A stretch of 64,000 bases of DNA from Octopus sinensis (lineage: Eukaryota), in assembly GCF_006345805.1 (NCBI RefSeq), contig NC_043002.1:31620001-31684000 (forward strand), written 5' to 3'. The position numbers and the translations under genes were made by a program. The stretch's first letter is position 1. Every line of letters begins with the position of its first letter. The notes beneath the pieces were generated by a model. That model was not told the origin of the DNA. It saw nothing but the letters and a program-made list of their open reading frames with translations, and ran no database searches. Shown here one piece after another: positions 1 to 13,286 of this stretch.

Positions 1-359
1 ATGGATTAAGTCGATTATATCGACCCAAGTGCGTAACTGGTACTTATTTAATCGACCCCGAATGGATGAAAGGCAAAGTCGACCTCAGCGGAATTTGAAC
101 CCACAACGTAACGATAGACGAAATGCCTATTTCTTTACTACCCACAAGGGGCTAAACACAGAGAGGGCAAACAAGGACAGACAAACGGATTAAGTCGATT
201 ATATCGACCCAAGTGTGTAACTGGTACTTATTTTATCGACCCCGAAAGGATGAAAGGCAGAGTCGACGTCGGCGGAATTTGAACTCACAACGTAACCACA
301 GACCAAATACCGCTAAGCATTTCGCCCGGCGTGCTAACGTTTCTGTCAGCTCACCGCCT
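1..359 (-). mobile_element. SINE family A dimer: head-bearing unit plus head-less unit, cut by the window edge
   Basis: The minus strand shows an A-box-like head, B-box GTTCAAATTCC and central GCCTTTCATCCTTTCGGGGTCGATAAAATAAGTACC. The tail ...CCCCTTGTGGGTAGTAAAGAAATA is fused to the next unit at about 120-134. The family recurs many times in the window. Confidence 0.9.
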
Positions 360-1110
360 ATTATGGTAAGTTTTACGACTGACTGAAAAAAAAAAAAAAA
401 TTTAAAAGCTGTTTTAAAAAATCGGTCTCTAACAATAATAATGTAATAACAACAATGATGGGGGAAGGATCGTCACTTCTTTAGATGCATTAAATGCATC
501 TTACTTAATTCTTAGCTCTTTTGCATTCAGGATACGATATCGATATATTTCAGCACAAATATGGAAGGCGAGATTTTACGAGATAGCAGTGAAGAAAATT
601 TAAATAACAAACGTCTTGAATCATTTCTAGTATTATTTTCCAATTTAACATATATAAATATTTCGTTATCTTACTACTTTGAAACAGCTTGCTAATTTGC
701 AAACTTATTAATAAAGAAACACAACCTCAACTAAGTATATCTCTTGCATGTCTTATTAGCAAATACTCATAGAATATGTGCACACCGTATCTCTTTATCT
801 TTTGCCATTTATCTTGTATTGTTATAGCAAATTAACAGTTGATGAATGCATTTCTAATCTGATCCTTATCATTGAAATCTATATCTCTACATAAGTTTAT
901 CTATTCAGACATCTAAATAGTATTTTAGATGAAATCGTGTTTGGATTTGTAATAAAATTAGAAAATAAACGAGACAATGATTCGTCTTTTCTATTCTGAC
1001 TTCTCGAAGTTGAACTTCTATCAAACATTATGCTAACGAGGAAGATTTTTTTCGTTGTCTCTTCATCTGCTAAAAGTAGTAACCCAAATATTCCTCAAAT
1101 CATATCATTG

Positions 1111-1470
1111 GAAGCACTCCGTCGGTTACGACGATGAGGGTTCCGGTTGATCCGAATCAACGGAACAGCCTGCTCGTGAAATTAACGTGTAAGCGGCTGA
1201 GCACTCCACAGACACGTGCACCCTTAACGTAGCTCTCGGGGATATTCAGCGTGACACAGAGAGTGACAAGGCCGGCCCTTTGAAATACAGGTACAACAGA
1301 AACAGGAAGTAAGAGTGAGAGAAAGTTGTGGTGAAAGAGTACAGCAGGGATCACCACCATCCCTGCCGGAGCCTCGTGGAGCTTTAGGTGTTTTCGCTCA
1401 ATAAACACTCACAACCGCGATCCTATGACCGCGAGTCCGCTGTCATAACCACTGGGCCATTGCGCCTCCA
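1111..1470 (-). mobile_element. SINE family B (tRNA-derived head; resembles Octopus OR1-type from memory), B-box deleted
   Basis: The minus strand starts TGGAGGCGCAATGGCCCAGTGG and is homologous to 17660-17887. It lacks the 21-nt segment containing TTCGATTCCC that the second copy has. Confidence 0.8.
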
Positions 1471-1686
1471 AGTCATATCATACCGTATTAGAAAAAGCCA
1501 TAGTTCTGTGGAAGTGGTGTGAGGTGAATGGGATGGCGCTATTTCAAGTGTGATCAAAGTGATGGCTATGTAACCATTTTTTTCCCTGCAAAGAGAAGAA
1601 GATGAAATGGCTAGAGCTATTATGACTTTGATTACATAACAGCTCGAGTCAGGGCTAAGCTTCATAACAACGACTATAAGGATAGT

Positions 1687-2072
1687 TCTTTCTACTGAAG
1701 GCACAAGACCTGCAATTTGATATTCGATCACATCGACCCCAGTACTTAAGTGGTACTTTATTTATCGACCCCGAAACGATGAAAGGCAAAGTCGACCTCG
1801 GCGGAATTTGAACTCAGAACGTAGCAACAGGTGAAATACCCATTTCTTTACTACCCACAAGGGGCTAAACACGGAGAGGACAAACAAGGACAGACAAACG
1901 GATTAAGTCGATTACATCGGCCCCATTGCATAAATGGTACTTATTCAATCGACCCCGAAAGGATGAAAGGCAAAGTCGACCTCGGTGGAATTTGAACTCA
2001 GAACGTAGCGGCAGAGGAAGTACCGCTAAGCATTTCGCCCGGTGTGCTAACCTTTCTACCAGCTCGCGGCCT
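1687..2072 (-). mobile_element. SINE family A heterodimer (tail-1 unit fused to a unit with a different tail)
   Basis: Two GGATGAAAGGCAAAGTCGACCTCGG cores with the junction GAAATACC-CATTTC at 1833-1846. The left unit ends in the TCTTTCTAC..GGCACAAG tail type. Confidence 0.9.
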
Positions 2073-2640
2073 TAACAAAAATAATAATAATAATAATAAT
2101 ATTTTTAAATGTAGTTTTACTGGAGAACTCTCTAATTTATATTGCTCTAAGAAGTTAGACACAGCAAGTATCGATATGTGGATGCTGTGCAGCGCACATC
2201 CAGTTCTAGGAATGTTTTCCCATAATTATAGAGCATCTGATCGGTTTGGCGACAAATAACCCTCTATTGACACCGAGTGTTAAGATACCACCTCTAATCT
2301 ACTCTGTATATTTGAGGCTTTGGTCCACCACTGAAGAAGCTGGCGGCACTGAGATTCATCCTATTCGATGTGAACGACGTCGCGGTCATTCATTAAATTG
2401 CGTAAACCAGAACCACCTGGCCATGGTTCCTCAGTACTTTTATCTGGTATTTTTTTTTAATAACGCGGCTACTAAATAGATCAGATTAGTCAGTCTCTCA
2501 ATATTAGGACAGTTTGTTACTATGGACAGAATTTTCTTGTTCTACGCAACTATATTTAATAATTCTTGTGTGGATCCGTTTGTTATAGTCTAACTTGTGC
2601 AAATCGATCCATATTCGTCTGTATCATTAATTATCTTTAA

Positions 2641-3064
2641 TTTCATAATTTGTTTCGCTCATTGAGCTGCAGCCATGTTGGGCAATATCTTGAAGGGTTT
2701 TATCGAACAAATCAATCCCAGTATATATGTTTTCAGCCAGGTGCTTATTCCGTTGGTCTCTTGTCGCACACTTGCGTTATGGGAGCGTAAACAAACCAAC
2801 GGTGGTTGTCAAGCGGTGGTGAGAGATGAACATTACACAAACATAAATACACACATGCAAGCACACGCATAGCGACACACACAGTGGGGCGTACACACAT
2901 CTGTATATATGCGTGTGTGTGTGTGTGTGTGTGTATGTGTGTGCGTGTGTGTGTTTGTATACGACGAGCTTCTTTCAAAGCATAACGAATACACTAACAA
3001 ATCCACTGACAACGTTTTGGTCGGTCCAACGCTATCGTAGCAGACACGTGTCCCAGTTGCCATG
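2641..3064 (-). mobile_element. SINE family D (internal microsatellite), degenerate, 5'-truncated
   Basis: Homologous to the reverse complement of 62402-62858 on both sides of a (TG)n tract. Confidence 0.7.
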
Positions 3065-3626
3065 TTATGAGAATAAGACCAAGACAACATGATTGGAAAG
3101 CGAGCTTCTTAACTACATCACCTAATTTCTTTTGTGCTGTTTTCTTTATTGTTTCTGTTCGCTTCTTCTTAGATTCAACTCCCTATTGTTCCGCTATGCT
3201 GTCTTTAACAATTTTCTCTATAGTTTGTGGTAAACACCTGATATACTTCTGCATTTGAACAAATGTCTCTACTGAAATTTGTATTATCGTGATCAACATT
3301 TCGGATTTTAGTTCATTTATCTTATATGTATTGATTAGTATAAAGTAATCCTACATATTTTCACAGGTCAAAATTACACACACACTTCCTATCTCTGACA
3401 ATGGTTTTATATGATTGATATGTAGTAATATAATGTAAAAGTGTAAGTGTCATTTTTTATTGCCTTGTTTTTGTTTGTTTTTTTAATTCTTACCCTTTTA
3501 TTTCCAACCTGCATTGTTGCGGCATTTCAATATCTTATGCTCATACAGTCACATGCATACAAATGCACATACGAACACGCATACATGTATACATACATTC
3601 ATATACATATATGTGTGTGTTCGCGC

Positions 3627-3663
<37 letters not shown>

Positions 3664-3721
3664 GGGCACAAAGAAGGGGTGAGATGAATAAAGACAGATA
3701 GATAGACAGAGTGGGAGTAAC

Positions 3722-3801
3722 AGAAGAAGAAGAAGAAGAAGAAGAAGAAGAAGAAGAAGAAGAAGAAGAAGAAGAAGAAGAAGAAGAAGAAGAAGAAGAA
3801 G

Positions 3802-3831
<30 letters not shown>
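3722..3831. repeat. Perfect (GAA)n microsatellite, about 36 units
   Basis: Direct reading of the sequence. Confidence 0.98.
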
Positions 3832-3832
<1 letters not shown>

Positions 3833-4584
3833 GGCAGGATGATGAAGGGGAGGAGGGCAGTGAATGTGATGCTCAGTAACATCATGTGTTCGTGTCTGAG
3901 AAGCCATAGTGTATTGCAAGTTTTGTGGAAGTGGTGTGAGGTGAATGGGATGGCGCTATTTCAAGTGTGATCAAGGTGATAGCTACGTGATAGCGTAATT
4001 AGCAGAAAATTAACTCAAGTGCTTAGATCAGATTTCTTAACAAGCTGTCTGCCAAAATAGATGACATTAGAGGCAAAAAAAAAAACAACAACAACAAAAC
4101 CAAACAAATTTATTTAACAACAACAACAACAAGGGCAACATTAAAAAACAACAGCATCAGTAACACGAACAACAACAACAACAACAACGACAACGATTAC
4201 AACTAATGCTACTAAAAATCGGTGGTGATGACAGCAAGAGCAGCACCATCAGCAATCAAAGCAGCTGCAATGATTGTGACGTTAGACACTCTACCAGCAT
4301 GCAATGCATCTATAACGATCACGTCATCAGACGGTGCGTTAGTTCACACTACAGCAACAATCAGACACGGTACGCGTTTTTCTTTCTTAAATGATGTGCC
4401 AGGCGGAACGACTAAATTCCTGTGAAACAAATCGATTAATTAATATGGCAATATTGAAATACTTTGAAATATGTCTTTGTGCTACAGAATAAAAAAATAA
4501 ATAAATATATAAATAAATAAATAAATCAGAAATTACATTATATTATATTAATTGTATTTGTCAATTTATCTAAATAGCCACACA

Positions 4585-4990
4585 TCTTTTACTTGCTTCA
4601 TTCATTGGACCGGAGCGCGGCCGTGGTGCGGCTCCGTGTTGAAGGATTTAGTAAAACTAAAACTTAGTAGTAATTTTTAATTTTGGTATTTATTCTATCG
4701 GATACTTATTCCCGAACCGCTAATATACGGAATATAAGCAAACCAAAGCTGGTAGTTAAGAAGTGATGGGAGACAAACACAAATGCAGACACACATACAC
4801 ACAGACACACACACACTCACACACACACATTCAAACATACATACATACATACATACATACATACAACTCACAAGGTACAAGTCGATTCGGGGTTATAGTG
4901 AAAGTCGTTTCTCCAAGTCGCTCCGCCGTGAAACTGGACTTGGAACGATGAGGTTTGAAGGCAAACTTCCTAAGACACAGCTGCGACTGT
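4585..4990 (-). mobile_element. SINE family D, degenerate full-length copy
   Basis: The 3' end TCTTTTACTTG.TTCA, the ATTCTATCGG..CCGAACCGCTAA block, an internal (CA)/(CATA) tract and a head-like segment at 4880-4990 all align by eye to the reverse complement of 62402-62858. Confidence 0.65.
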
Positions 4991-5101
4991 TCCTACACTA
5001 CATTACATTACAGTACAGCAATAAACCACATTATTCTGCACACGATTTCTACAATATCAACGAAAACTCCACTAAGCTGTAAATGCATATTGATTTATAT
5101 A

Positions 5102-5309
5102 GGTTTCAAATTTTTTAGCACAAGGCCAGCAATTTCAGTGAAGGAAGCAAGTCAATTACATCGACCATAGTACTCAGCTGGTATACATTTTATCGGGACC
5201 GTAACAATGAAAAACAATGTCGACCTCGGCGCAATTTGAATTTAGAACATACAGACGAAATGCCGCTAAGCATTTTGATCGGCGTGCTAACATTTCTGCT
5301 AGCTCCCCG
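5102..5309 (-). mobile_element. SINE family A, tail type 2 (GGCCTTGTGCTAAAAAATTTGAAACC)
   Basis: Degenerate core and head match the other copies, but the 3' tail differs. Confidence 0.75.
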
Positions 5310-7687
5310 ATTTCTAATATTGTTTATATTTTAGATATCTACCTAAATAGAAGACATCTATTGCAAATGCTAGACATAAGACACTTGACTGATTCACGGT
5401 CAAGTCATATTATACTATTTACTCAACATTTGTAATATTATTCTGCTAAAATCTAACACTTTAATCTAATAAGCTGTTAACTATGAAACGAAATCGAAGA
5501 CAAAATCTATTATACTAACAACAATTAAATCGTATTGATTTTCGTTAAGACGAAAAATATCTTAGATAAAGTAGCATATATTCACGTACTAACGTGTTTA
5601 TGTATTTATTTTATATTTGCCAAGTAAATATAGGTAGTCCCTTCGATTATGTAATCCTAATTGGAGAACCCAATTGAGGTTACATAATCGAAGCATCGAA
5701 AGAACTACCGACTTTTTCTTTCTCAAAATAATATATATCAATCTTCTGAGAAGTATTGGGTACTCTTCTAATTTAATACTTGATAGGTTTATCAATGGCT
5801 ATACATAAAAATGAACATGAATGCGATAGCGAAGATGTATAAGCTAGCAATCAATCGTTGAAAGATTATTTACGGACCAAGCAAATAACATGATGAGGGA
5901 ACATGTAAAATTTACTCGACTTGCAACACATAGCGGCCAGATATCCTGTAATCATATAAAACCTGACATTACACAAGAACGATCGGAAAATGTAGTGAAA
6001 GTTAAAGTATAACTGAAAAGACTGGGTAGTGACGGCAAGAAGTCTTTTGATCACATGTACTTCAGCAAAATATCCTAAAGCTAAACCAGGGGAAAACTCA
6101 TCTTGTTCAATTTCTACACCTTTATTTGAATTCAAACCTAAATAACTTAAAATGTGAGTGGCAACACAGAACCCAGAAATCCAGGGAAAATATTTTCAAC
6201 TACGAATAGATGGTAGCGGTTTAAACCTTTATATTCCAATAGTTACTCACTAGAGATGGAGTGGGTAGGAACAACATATATATCAACTATAATTCTACTA
6301 AGTACTAATGTAAAAAGTAATTCACAAATGGAGAACACAGGGGGGAAAACTGGATGTCTCACCATCTGTTTCAATGTTATCAACTATTGTTGATAACATT
6401 GAAGCAGTTTATAAATCTGCGCTTTTCATTTTCTGTTAGCCAGTGTACCGAATGAATTAATAACACAGTCATTATTTGAATTTCATCAGGGCTGTTTCAA
6501 AACCAAATAAAAGATGATTTTGATGAGAAATAGTAGTTCAACAGAATAATTGTTTTTGTGAGTGACGGTTAACGTAACCTGAAGCAACGGATATAGCTTC
6601 AGTATTACTCAGGTCAGGAATTAAAGCCAAGATATCAATCTAATAACTTAGCAATTATAACATCTGTAGAAGAACAAGGCTTCAAAATCACTAACTGGCA
6701 CTCCGGAGCCTTTAACTGTGAGCTCCTACATTTGTGTAACTTCCACAACTAATATTGAGGTCTTAGAAAAAGAAATAACTAACGGGATCAGATCTACTTC
6801 GTCTAAATAAGCCATTACAAAAATTGCCTAAACGAATGACATAATTGCTATGATTTTGCCAGTAGCACAGCATCAGCTGTCAAAACATTAAATCTAAATC
6901 AACATCACACCTACAGTTATTTCACTACACAAGCTGTCACAAGCCCAACGTTGTAGTGAATTAAACTAAAAGTTGCTTCACTACAACAGCTGTCAGAGAA
7001 GCGAGACTTCATGGCACACAAGAGGAATAATTATTGGGGTAGCGCAATAGAAACAAGTCAAGCTGAAGAGAGAGGCACTGAAGGATATTGATCCGTTCAC
7101 TTGCTTAGGCAGTATCATCGCGGTCTAAGGAAATTCGGAAAGTGATGTGAAGAAAAAATTGAGCATCGAGTCATCCAATGTCTATGTTTCTATGTTCAAT
7201 TCCACCACCAAAAAAGACGCCAAAATATGCTTGTGAATATCTATTGTCATGGCGGAGACTGCTTTTGTCAGGGAAGCGGGAAAATGAGCAACGAAAGTTG
7301 CAAAACTGACGATGACATTTAAAGATATTACTTTTATACGGTATTGAGTAGTTCTTCGTTAAGCATATTAGAAATAAAGAAGTCAATGAAATTGAAAGGG
7401 AGGAGCAAAAAGAACCTAAGGAATACCTTCAGTGGAAAATACTCGAACGTTTGTTATACAAGCTCAGAAGGGCAATCTTTATGTACACACACACACACAC
7501 AAGTATACATAAATATGATATGTATGAGCGCATAAGGTATATAATGTAATATCGGTAATGTTTACATTATTAGACCTACTACTAATTATATGTGTACGTA
7601 TGTATGTATATATATGCACATACAAACATACATACATATATGTTTGTGTATCTGTATGAGTATGTGTGTGTATCTATGTATGTATCA

Positions 7688-8088
7688 TATTTCTTTATTG
7701 CCCACAAGGGGCTAAACATAGAGGGAACAAACAAGGTCAGACAAAGGAATTAAGTCGATTACATCGACTCCAGTGCGTAACTGATACTTAATTTATCGAT
7801 TCCGAAAGGATGAAAGGCAAAGTCGACCTCGGCGGAATTTAAACTCAGAACGTAACAGCAGACGAAATACCTATTTCTTTATTACCCACAAGGGGCTAAA
7901 CACAGAGGGAACAAACAAGGACAGACAAACGGATTAAGTCGATTATATCGACCCCAGTGCGTAAGCGGTACTTATTTAATCGACCCCGAAAGGATGAAAG
8001 GCAAAGTCGACCTCGGCGGAAATTGAACTCAGAACGTAGCGGCAGACGAAATACGGCTACGCATTTCGCCCGGCGTGCTAACGTTTCT
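7688..8088 (-). mobile_element. SINE family A dimer (two tail-1 units, period about 185 bp)
   Basis: Two near-identical units with the junction GAAATACC-TATTTC at 7864-7877. Confidence 0.92.
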
Positions 8089-8215
8089 TTCGATGTATGT
8101 ATCTATCTAATTATGTATATACTCAGACACACGTATTGGTGAAATAGCCTCAAGGCAACGATTGGAATAGGAGACAGACGAATGAATAACATGAGGGTTC
8201 TCGACAGGTATATGA

Positions 8216-8370
<155 letters not shown>

Positions 8371-9012
8371 TAGAGGATGGCTTAGCCACGAAGCTAATTG
8401 TACCGGGCTTTCAAACTTAAGTTCCCACTGTAGAGATAGAAGCCAGAATGTTAGCAAATCTGCCAACATTATCATGAAATGGCTCTAATTCCTGAGCTCT
8501 TAATGCAATGGCAGAAACAGTTTAGATTTCCAACTGGAACTTTTCAAGATGAAATAAAAGTGAAGGTCTGACGCATAAACTGTCTTACTTCAACTAGTGT
8601 CTTGAACTGAAGTGTTTACGACATTCAATATAGCTTGGCTCCGGAGAACCTTAAGAACACAGAAAGTTGGCGGCCGCAATGTGGCAGCAGAGGTGTATCT
8701 AAAGTTATTGACATAGGTGCTGCCCAAGCGCCTTAATAAGGAATTTGGAGGCAGCAACACTTGTGTGAAGTGGGTCTTCCTTACTGAATACCTATTGCTG
8801 TTCGTCTCTTTCCAGAATTTTCATACTTAGCTATCTATAGGCATACATATACATATACGAATATACATACATACATACATGCATACATACATACATGCAT
8901 TCATACATACATGCATACATACACACATGCATGCACGTACATACCTACATAGATATATACATACATAGATACATGCATGCATACTACATACATACATACA
9001 TACATACATACA

Positions 9013-9046
<34 letters not shown>

Positions 9047-9096
9047 CATTCATACATACATATATACATAAATTCCTATTGATATAGGAACGCCCC

Positions 9097-9312
9097 AAGT
9101 CGGTGAGCTGACAGAATCATCAGCATGCCGAGCAAAACGCTTAGCACATCTCATCCGTCTTCAGATTCTGAGTTCATATTCCGCCGAGGTTGATTTTACC
9201 TTTCATCCTTTCAGAGTCAATAAAATAAGTACCGGTTGTACACTTGGGTCGATGTAATCGACTTAACCTTCCCCGGAATTACTGGTGGTTGTACCAAAAT
9301 TTGAAACCAATA
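9097..9312 (+). mobile_element. SINE family A monomer, tail type 2
   Basis: Head GTCGGTGAGCTGACAGAATC, then GAGTTCATATTCCGCCGAGGTTGA, CCTTTCATCCTTTC and the tail CCAAAATTTGAAACCAAT. Confidence 0.85.
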
Positions 9313-10660
9313 TGGGCATACCCCATATTACAGAACAAAAATCCTAAGGATAACTAGTTAGAAATTATGACCATCAATTTCAGGATCTGGATTTTCAATA
9401 CGAATTTGAATAGATTTTAACAACTTTAAAATCGAAAATCTTGAGACGTTTAATTGTACAAAAGCTATATACTGTATTACTTGTGTGATGCGGCGTTTAT
9501 TCTCGCAGTTTTTTCAACACCTATGTGTCCTCCATTTCTGTTGTTACTGCCAACCAATTGATCTTATAATATACATTTATTTATTCTTCCAAAAACATAT
9601 TTCATATTTCATTTTACATTACTCTCTGCATATTCACATTACCCCACCGCCTTCTTACCCTGCTATCCTTGTTTATCTCTTCCTCAACATCTTTGCCACC
9701 ATCAACATGCGCTCTCCTCCACTTCACTTTGGTTCTGCGTACACCGATTCAACTCACGATGTTCAATGCAATGAAAATACTTGTTGATACCAAACCATTC
9801 TCTTACCACCTTTTCCTCGATAAAACATACACTACTTTATATGATCTGTATAATGTGACTAAATTATTTTAAGGAGTTTCCTCTACTATACTCGAAGAAA
9901 GAATTGCTCGTGTGTTGTATGCGTTTCAATAATATTCCATTTATTATTTGCTAGGTCGGTTTTTTTGTTCTTTTTTCTTTTATTTTGCAGCTTATTCAGC
10001 TGTAACGTACTATGTCCTGAATATCCCTGCCTCTTTCTGTCCCCTATAATTGTAATATTTATTTAGTGAGTATGTCCTAATTGCACTCATTAATTGCCCG
10101 GTTTCTCTATTAAATGTCGAACATTTGTTTCTCTTACAGATGAAATCAGTACAAATTTTAATTTATTGTTTAAACAGCTTTAAAATGGGTTACTACTGCA
10201 ATATTTATGACATCATGCGCCTCCACAAAATATCGTTCAAATGAATAAATAATTCAGAAATACATTTAACAATACATATTTTACCTCATATTCAAACACA
10301 GTCTTGAAGCAAATGAGAAAGTAGTCGCGTACAGTTGATAGAAATGGAGTCCAGCCGATACATCACGTGTTCCAAACTTGAAAGGATGAAAGCTCACATG
10401 AACTCGAGACCGGGTTTGTTGTACTCAGAGGTAAATAGACGTAAATAAATAACATAGGATATTCTGTTCCCGACCCTGCTCTACCGCTTATTTTCTTGAA
10501 CTGTGTCTGTCCTACTTTTAAGATTATGTAACTATTCTCTCTTCATTGTAAATTTGAATTCAACATGAATGAAGATTTATCAAATCTGCGCAAATATTCA
10601 CATGATATACTATTCAATAAAGGTATTTAGTAACTCGAGGATAGTACTGAATAATTCACA

Positions 10661-10698
<38 letters not shown>

Positions 10699-11829
10699 AC
10701 AAAAAAAAACACACATACACACAGATACGATTATATGATTCGTGCATGTGTACCTACATATTTAACATATAAAGACATAATATAAAAGTACAAATGTACA
10801 CTCACATATGATATATGTATGTAGTATGTATGTATGTATGTATGTATGTATGTATGTATGTATGTATGTATATATGTATGTATGCATGTATGTATGTATG
10901 TATGTATGTATGTATGTATGTATGTATGTATGTGTATGTATGTAGGTATATATATGTACATACAACCATATGTACGTATTTAGAAACAGAAAGGCCAAGG
11001 ATCATCTATCCAAATGTTTAATTTGAATTATGTACTTCCTCGACATCTTATTATAAATCATTCTGATAAACGATACTGCTAAGGAAGCGGAGAAAGTCTA
11101 GAGGAAGGGAACAACAACATCGGTAACACGTATGACATTGATACCGACTACAACAACAACAGCCACAACAACAGCAACGACACTACGAACAACCAGGACA
11201 TTGGCAACTAGTAACACGGATAGGAGAAAAATTTACAGTCTCCTCAAGTGTAGCACCTGTTGATAATCCCTAATATTGTAATATTTTATTCATTAACTGT
11301 AGGGACGGACGTAACTGGATAGTTCCTGCATAAACAACTTGATTTATTATTCGTTTTCTTAAGCATGTTTTTCCCCCGTTTTCTTACTATTTACTTATAT
11401 ATGTAACTATTAAATATATTTACCGCTAAAATATAAACATGTAAAATTTTTCAAGTAAAAGAGTCGATTTAAGCTATGATATTGGAATTTACGAAATATC
11501 GACTAGGTGGCCATGTTTAAATGTTCCTATGTACAATGTGTATATGTGTGCGTGTAGACATTTTATTACGTGGCTACGTGTTTTTTTTGCCTATACATAG
11601 CAATGCATACAGGATTCGTCGAGTTCTTATTTTTAACTTTTTGGTCGGAAGGGGGAGAAAACCTTAGCTAGCCACAAACAGAAGAGGACCCAGCTTAAAA
11701 CTACACACTCTTAAGGTAGCGAGTAGCAGAATCTTTGCTCAAATTCCGGGGAGATCAATTTTGCCTTCCATCCCTGCCAGGCTGTTAAAATAAATACCTT
11801 GCATTATTTACAGAATATTATTATTAATT

Positions 11830-11838
11830 ATAATAATG

Positions 11839-11932
<94 letters not shown>

Positions 11933-11980
11933 CAACACCAACAACAGCAACAATAATAATAATAATAATAATAATAACAA
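11830..11980. repeat. (AAT)n microsatellite with an AAC interruption
   Basis: Direct reading of the sequence. Confidence 0.97.
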
Positions 11981-12016
11981 AATCGAATGAGTACCCAAGT
12001 TCGAAATTTCGCCAAG

Positions 12017-12060
12017 ACACCTGATGAAGGCTGGAGTGTATATCAACCGAAACATTGTGT
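12017..12060 (+). ncRNA. Minimal type I hammerhead ribozyme motif (Penelope-like element type)
   Basis: ACAC-CTGATGA-A-GG...CC-GAAA-CA-TT-GTGT. Stem I ACAC/GTGT is perfect and the core boxes are intact. Stem II is imperfect and helix III is reduced to ACAU. Confidence 0.6.
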
Positions 12061-12832
12061 TAACAACAAAGATGAGGACAAATATTCGTCTAATGTAAAT
12101 AATGTACATAATTCTTCATCTCTTAAATGCAGAAAATAAATACCTGTTGAGCACTGGTATTGATATAATCGACTCATACCCCACCCCACTCGAAATTATA
12201 CTGGCGTTGTGCTGAAATTTGGAACCAATATTACGCCCAAGTCTTGAAATATTGAATTGCTCGTTATTTTGTTCTGTAGATGTATTGCTAGCATCAATAT
12301 GGTAGACCAGATCTATCACAGAACACGTACAAGTTTGCTGCACACGTATCTCTAACTGCTGGCCATATTGCCTCGGAGAACGTCAGCGCCTTGGATGTGG
12401 CTGAATCATTTATATTCTGATTTGGAAAGTTCTGGAGGCCACTAGTAGTAAGTGTCATCTAGCCATGTATGTCATCATATTCTTCGCTAGCAGACATCAA
12501 ACAGATCCAGACCATTAACAACAATAAACTCAGCAGATTGATGAAAGCCATCAGCAAGCAGGTCAAGACCACATCTGATGTGTATATATGAATAGTATAC
12601 ATAACATAAGACGCGTATACATAAATACAACAGTCTAAAGTTGTGCAATGTTTTACATACTTTTAGAGTTAAATTACCGGTTTCTAGTAATAATGTTCTT
12701 ATTGAATGTGAGCTCTTGTGATTTTATAAAGTGCAAGTTCTTCAGTCAACCATTTAATCGTATAAAGTTTTAGTCCGGTTTTGGCTTAAGAAGCTTTTTC
12801 ATGAATACTTTATACATACATACATACATACA

Positions 12833-12864
<32 letters not shown>

Positions 12865-12875
12865 CATACGTACAT

Positions 12876-13120
12876 GCGGTTGTGGAAATCAGCTGTTCAG
12901 CGGATGTTAACATAAAGCTGAATATCAGTGAAAAAGGGAATACCAGGTCTATACCTGTAACTGTTAGGGTACTGGGATATGCAACACACTGCCTAATACC
13001 AATCTTGAGAAAGTAGGTTTCTCGAAATCAGAATGGAGAATGCTGATTCAAAGAATACAGACCCAATCCATCACTGGAACTGTAAAAATCTGTAAAAGTT
13101 TCCGGAAGCTTATCATTTAA
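12876..13120 (+). mobile_element. 3' fragment of an RLE-type (R4/Dong-like) non-LTR retrotransposon, frameshifted
   Basis: Translates AVVEISCSADVNIKLNISEKGNT..IPVTVRVLGYATHC/NTNLEKVGFSKSEWRMLIQRIQTQSITGTVKICKSFRKLII*. This matches the xE(I/V)xxPxD..N...EK..Y / IPxxxGALG pattern of restriction-like endonuclease C-termini. Confidence 0.7.
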
Positions 13121-13255
13121 GTATATATGACCATATCTAGATATGCAAGTATATGCATGAGAAGATTTCATAAAGCAAAGTATACATATCTGCACGTATG
13201 CATACATACGTACATACATACATACATACATACATACATACATACATACATACAT

Positions 13256-13286
<31 letters not shown>

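Noticed and set aside
4345-4419. Minus-strand terminal exon (acceptor TTTCACAG; NLVVPPGTSFKKEKRVPCLIVAVV*)
   Set aside because: There is no recognisable homology or partner exon, and the adjacent sequence is degenerate triplet repeat.
4611-4652. GC-rich hairpin followed 11 nt later by TTAG-T, resembling a Helitron 3' end
   Set aside because: The segment aligns with the 3' end of the SINE family D copy at 4585-4990.
7688-8088. CRISPR-like or satellite interpretation of the SINE multimers
   Set aside because: There are no unique spacers or cas genes, and the units are SINE bodies in a eukaryotic context.
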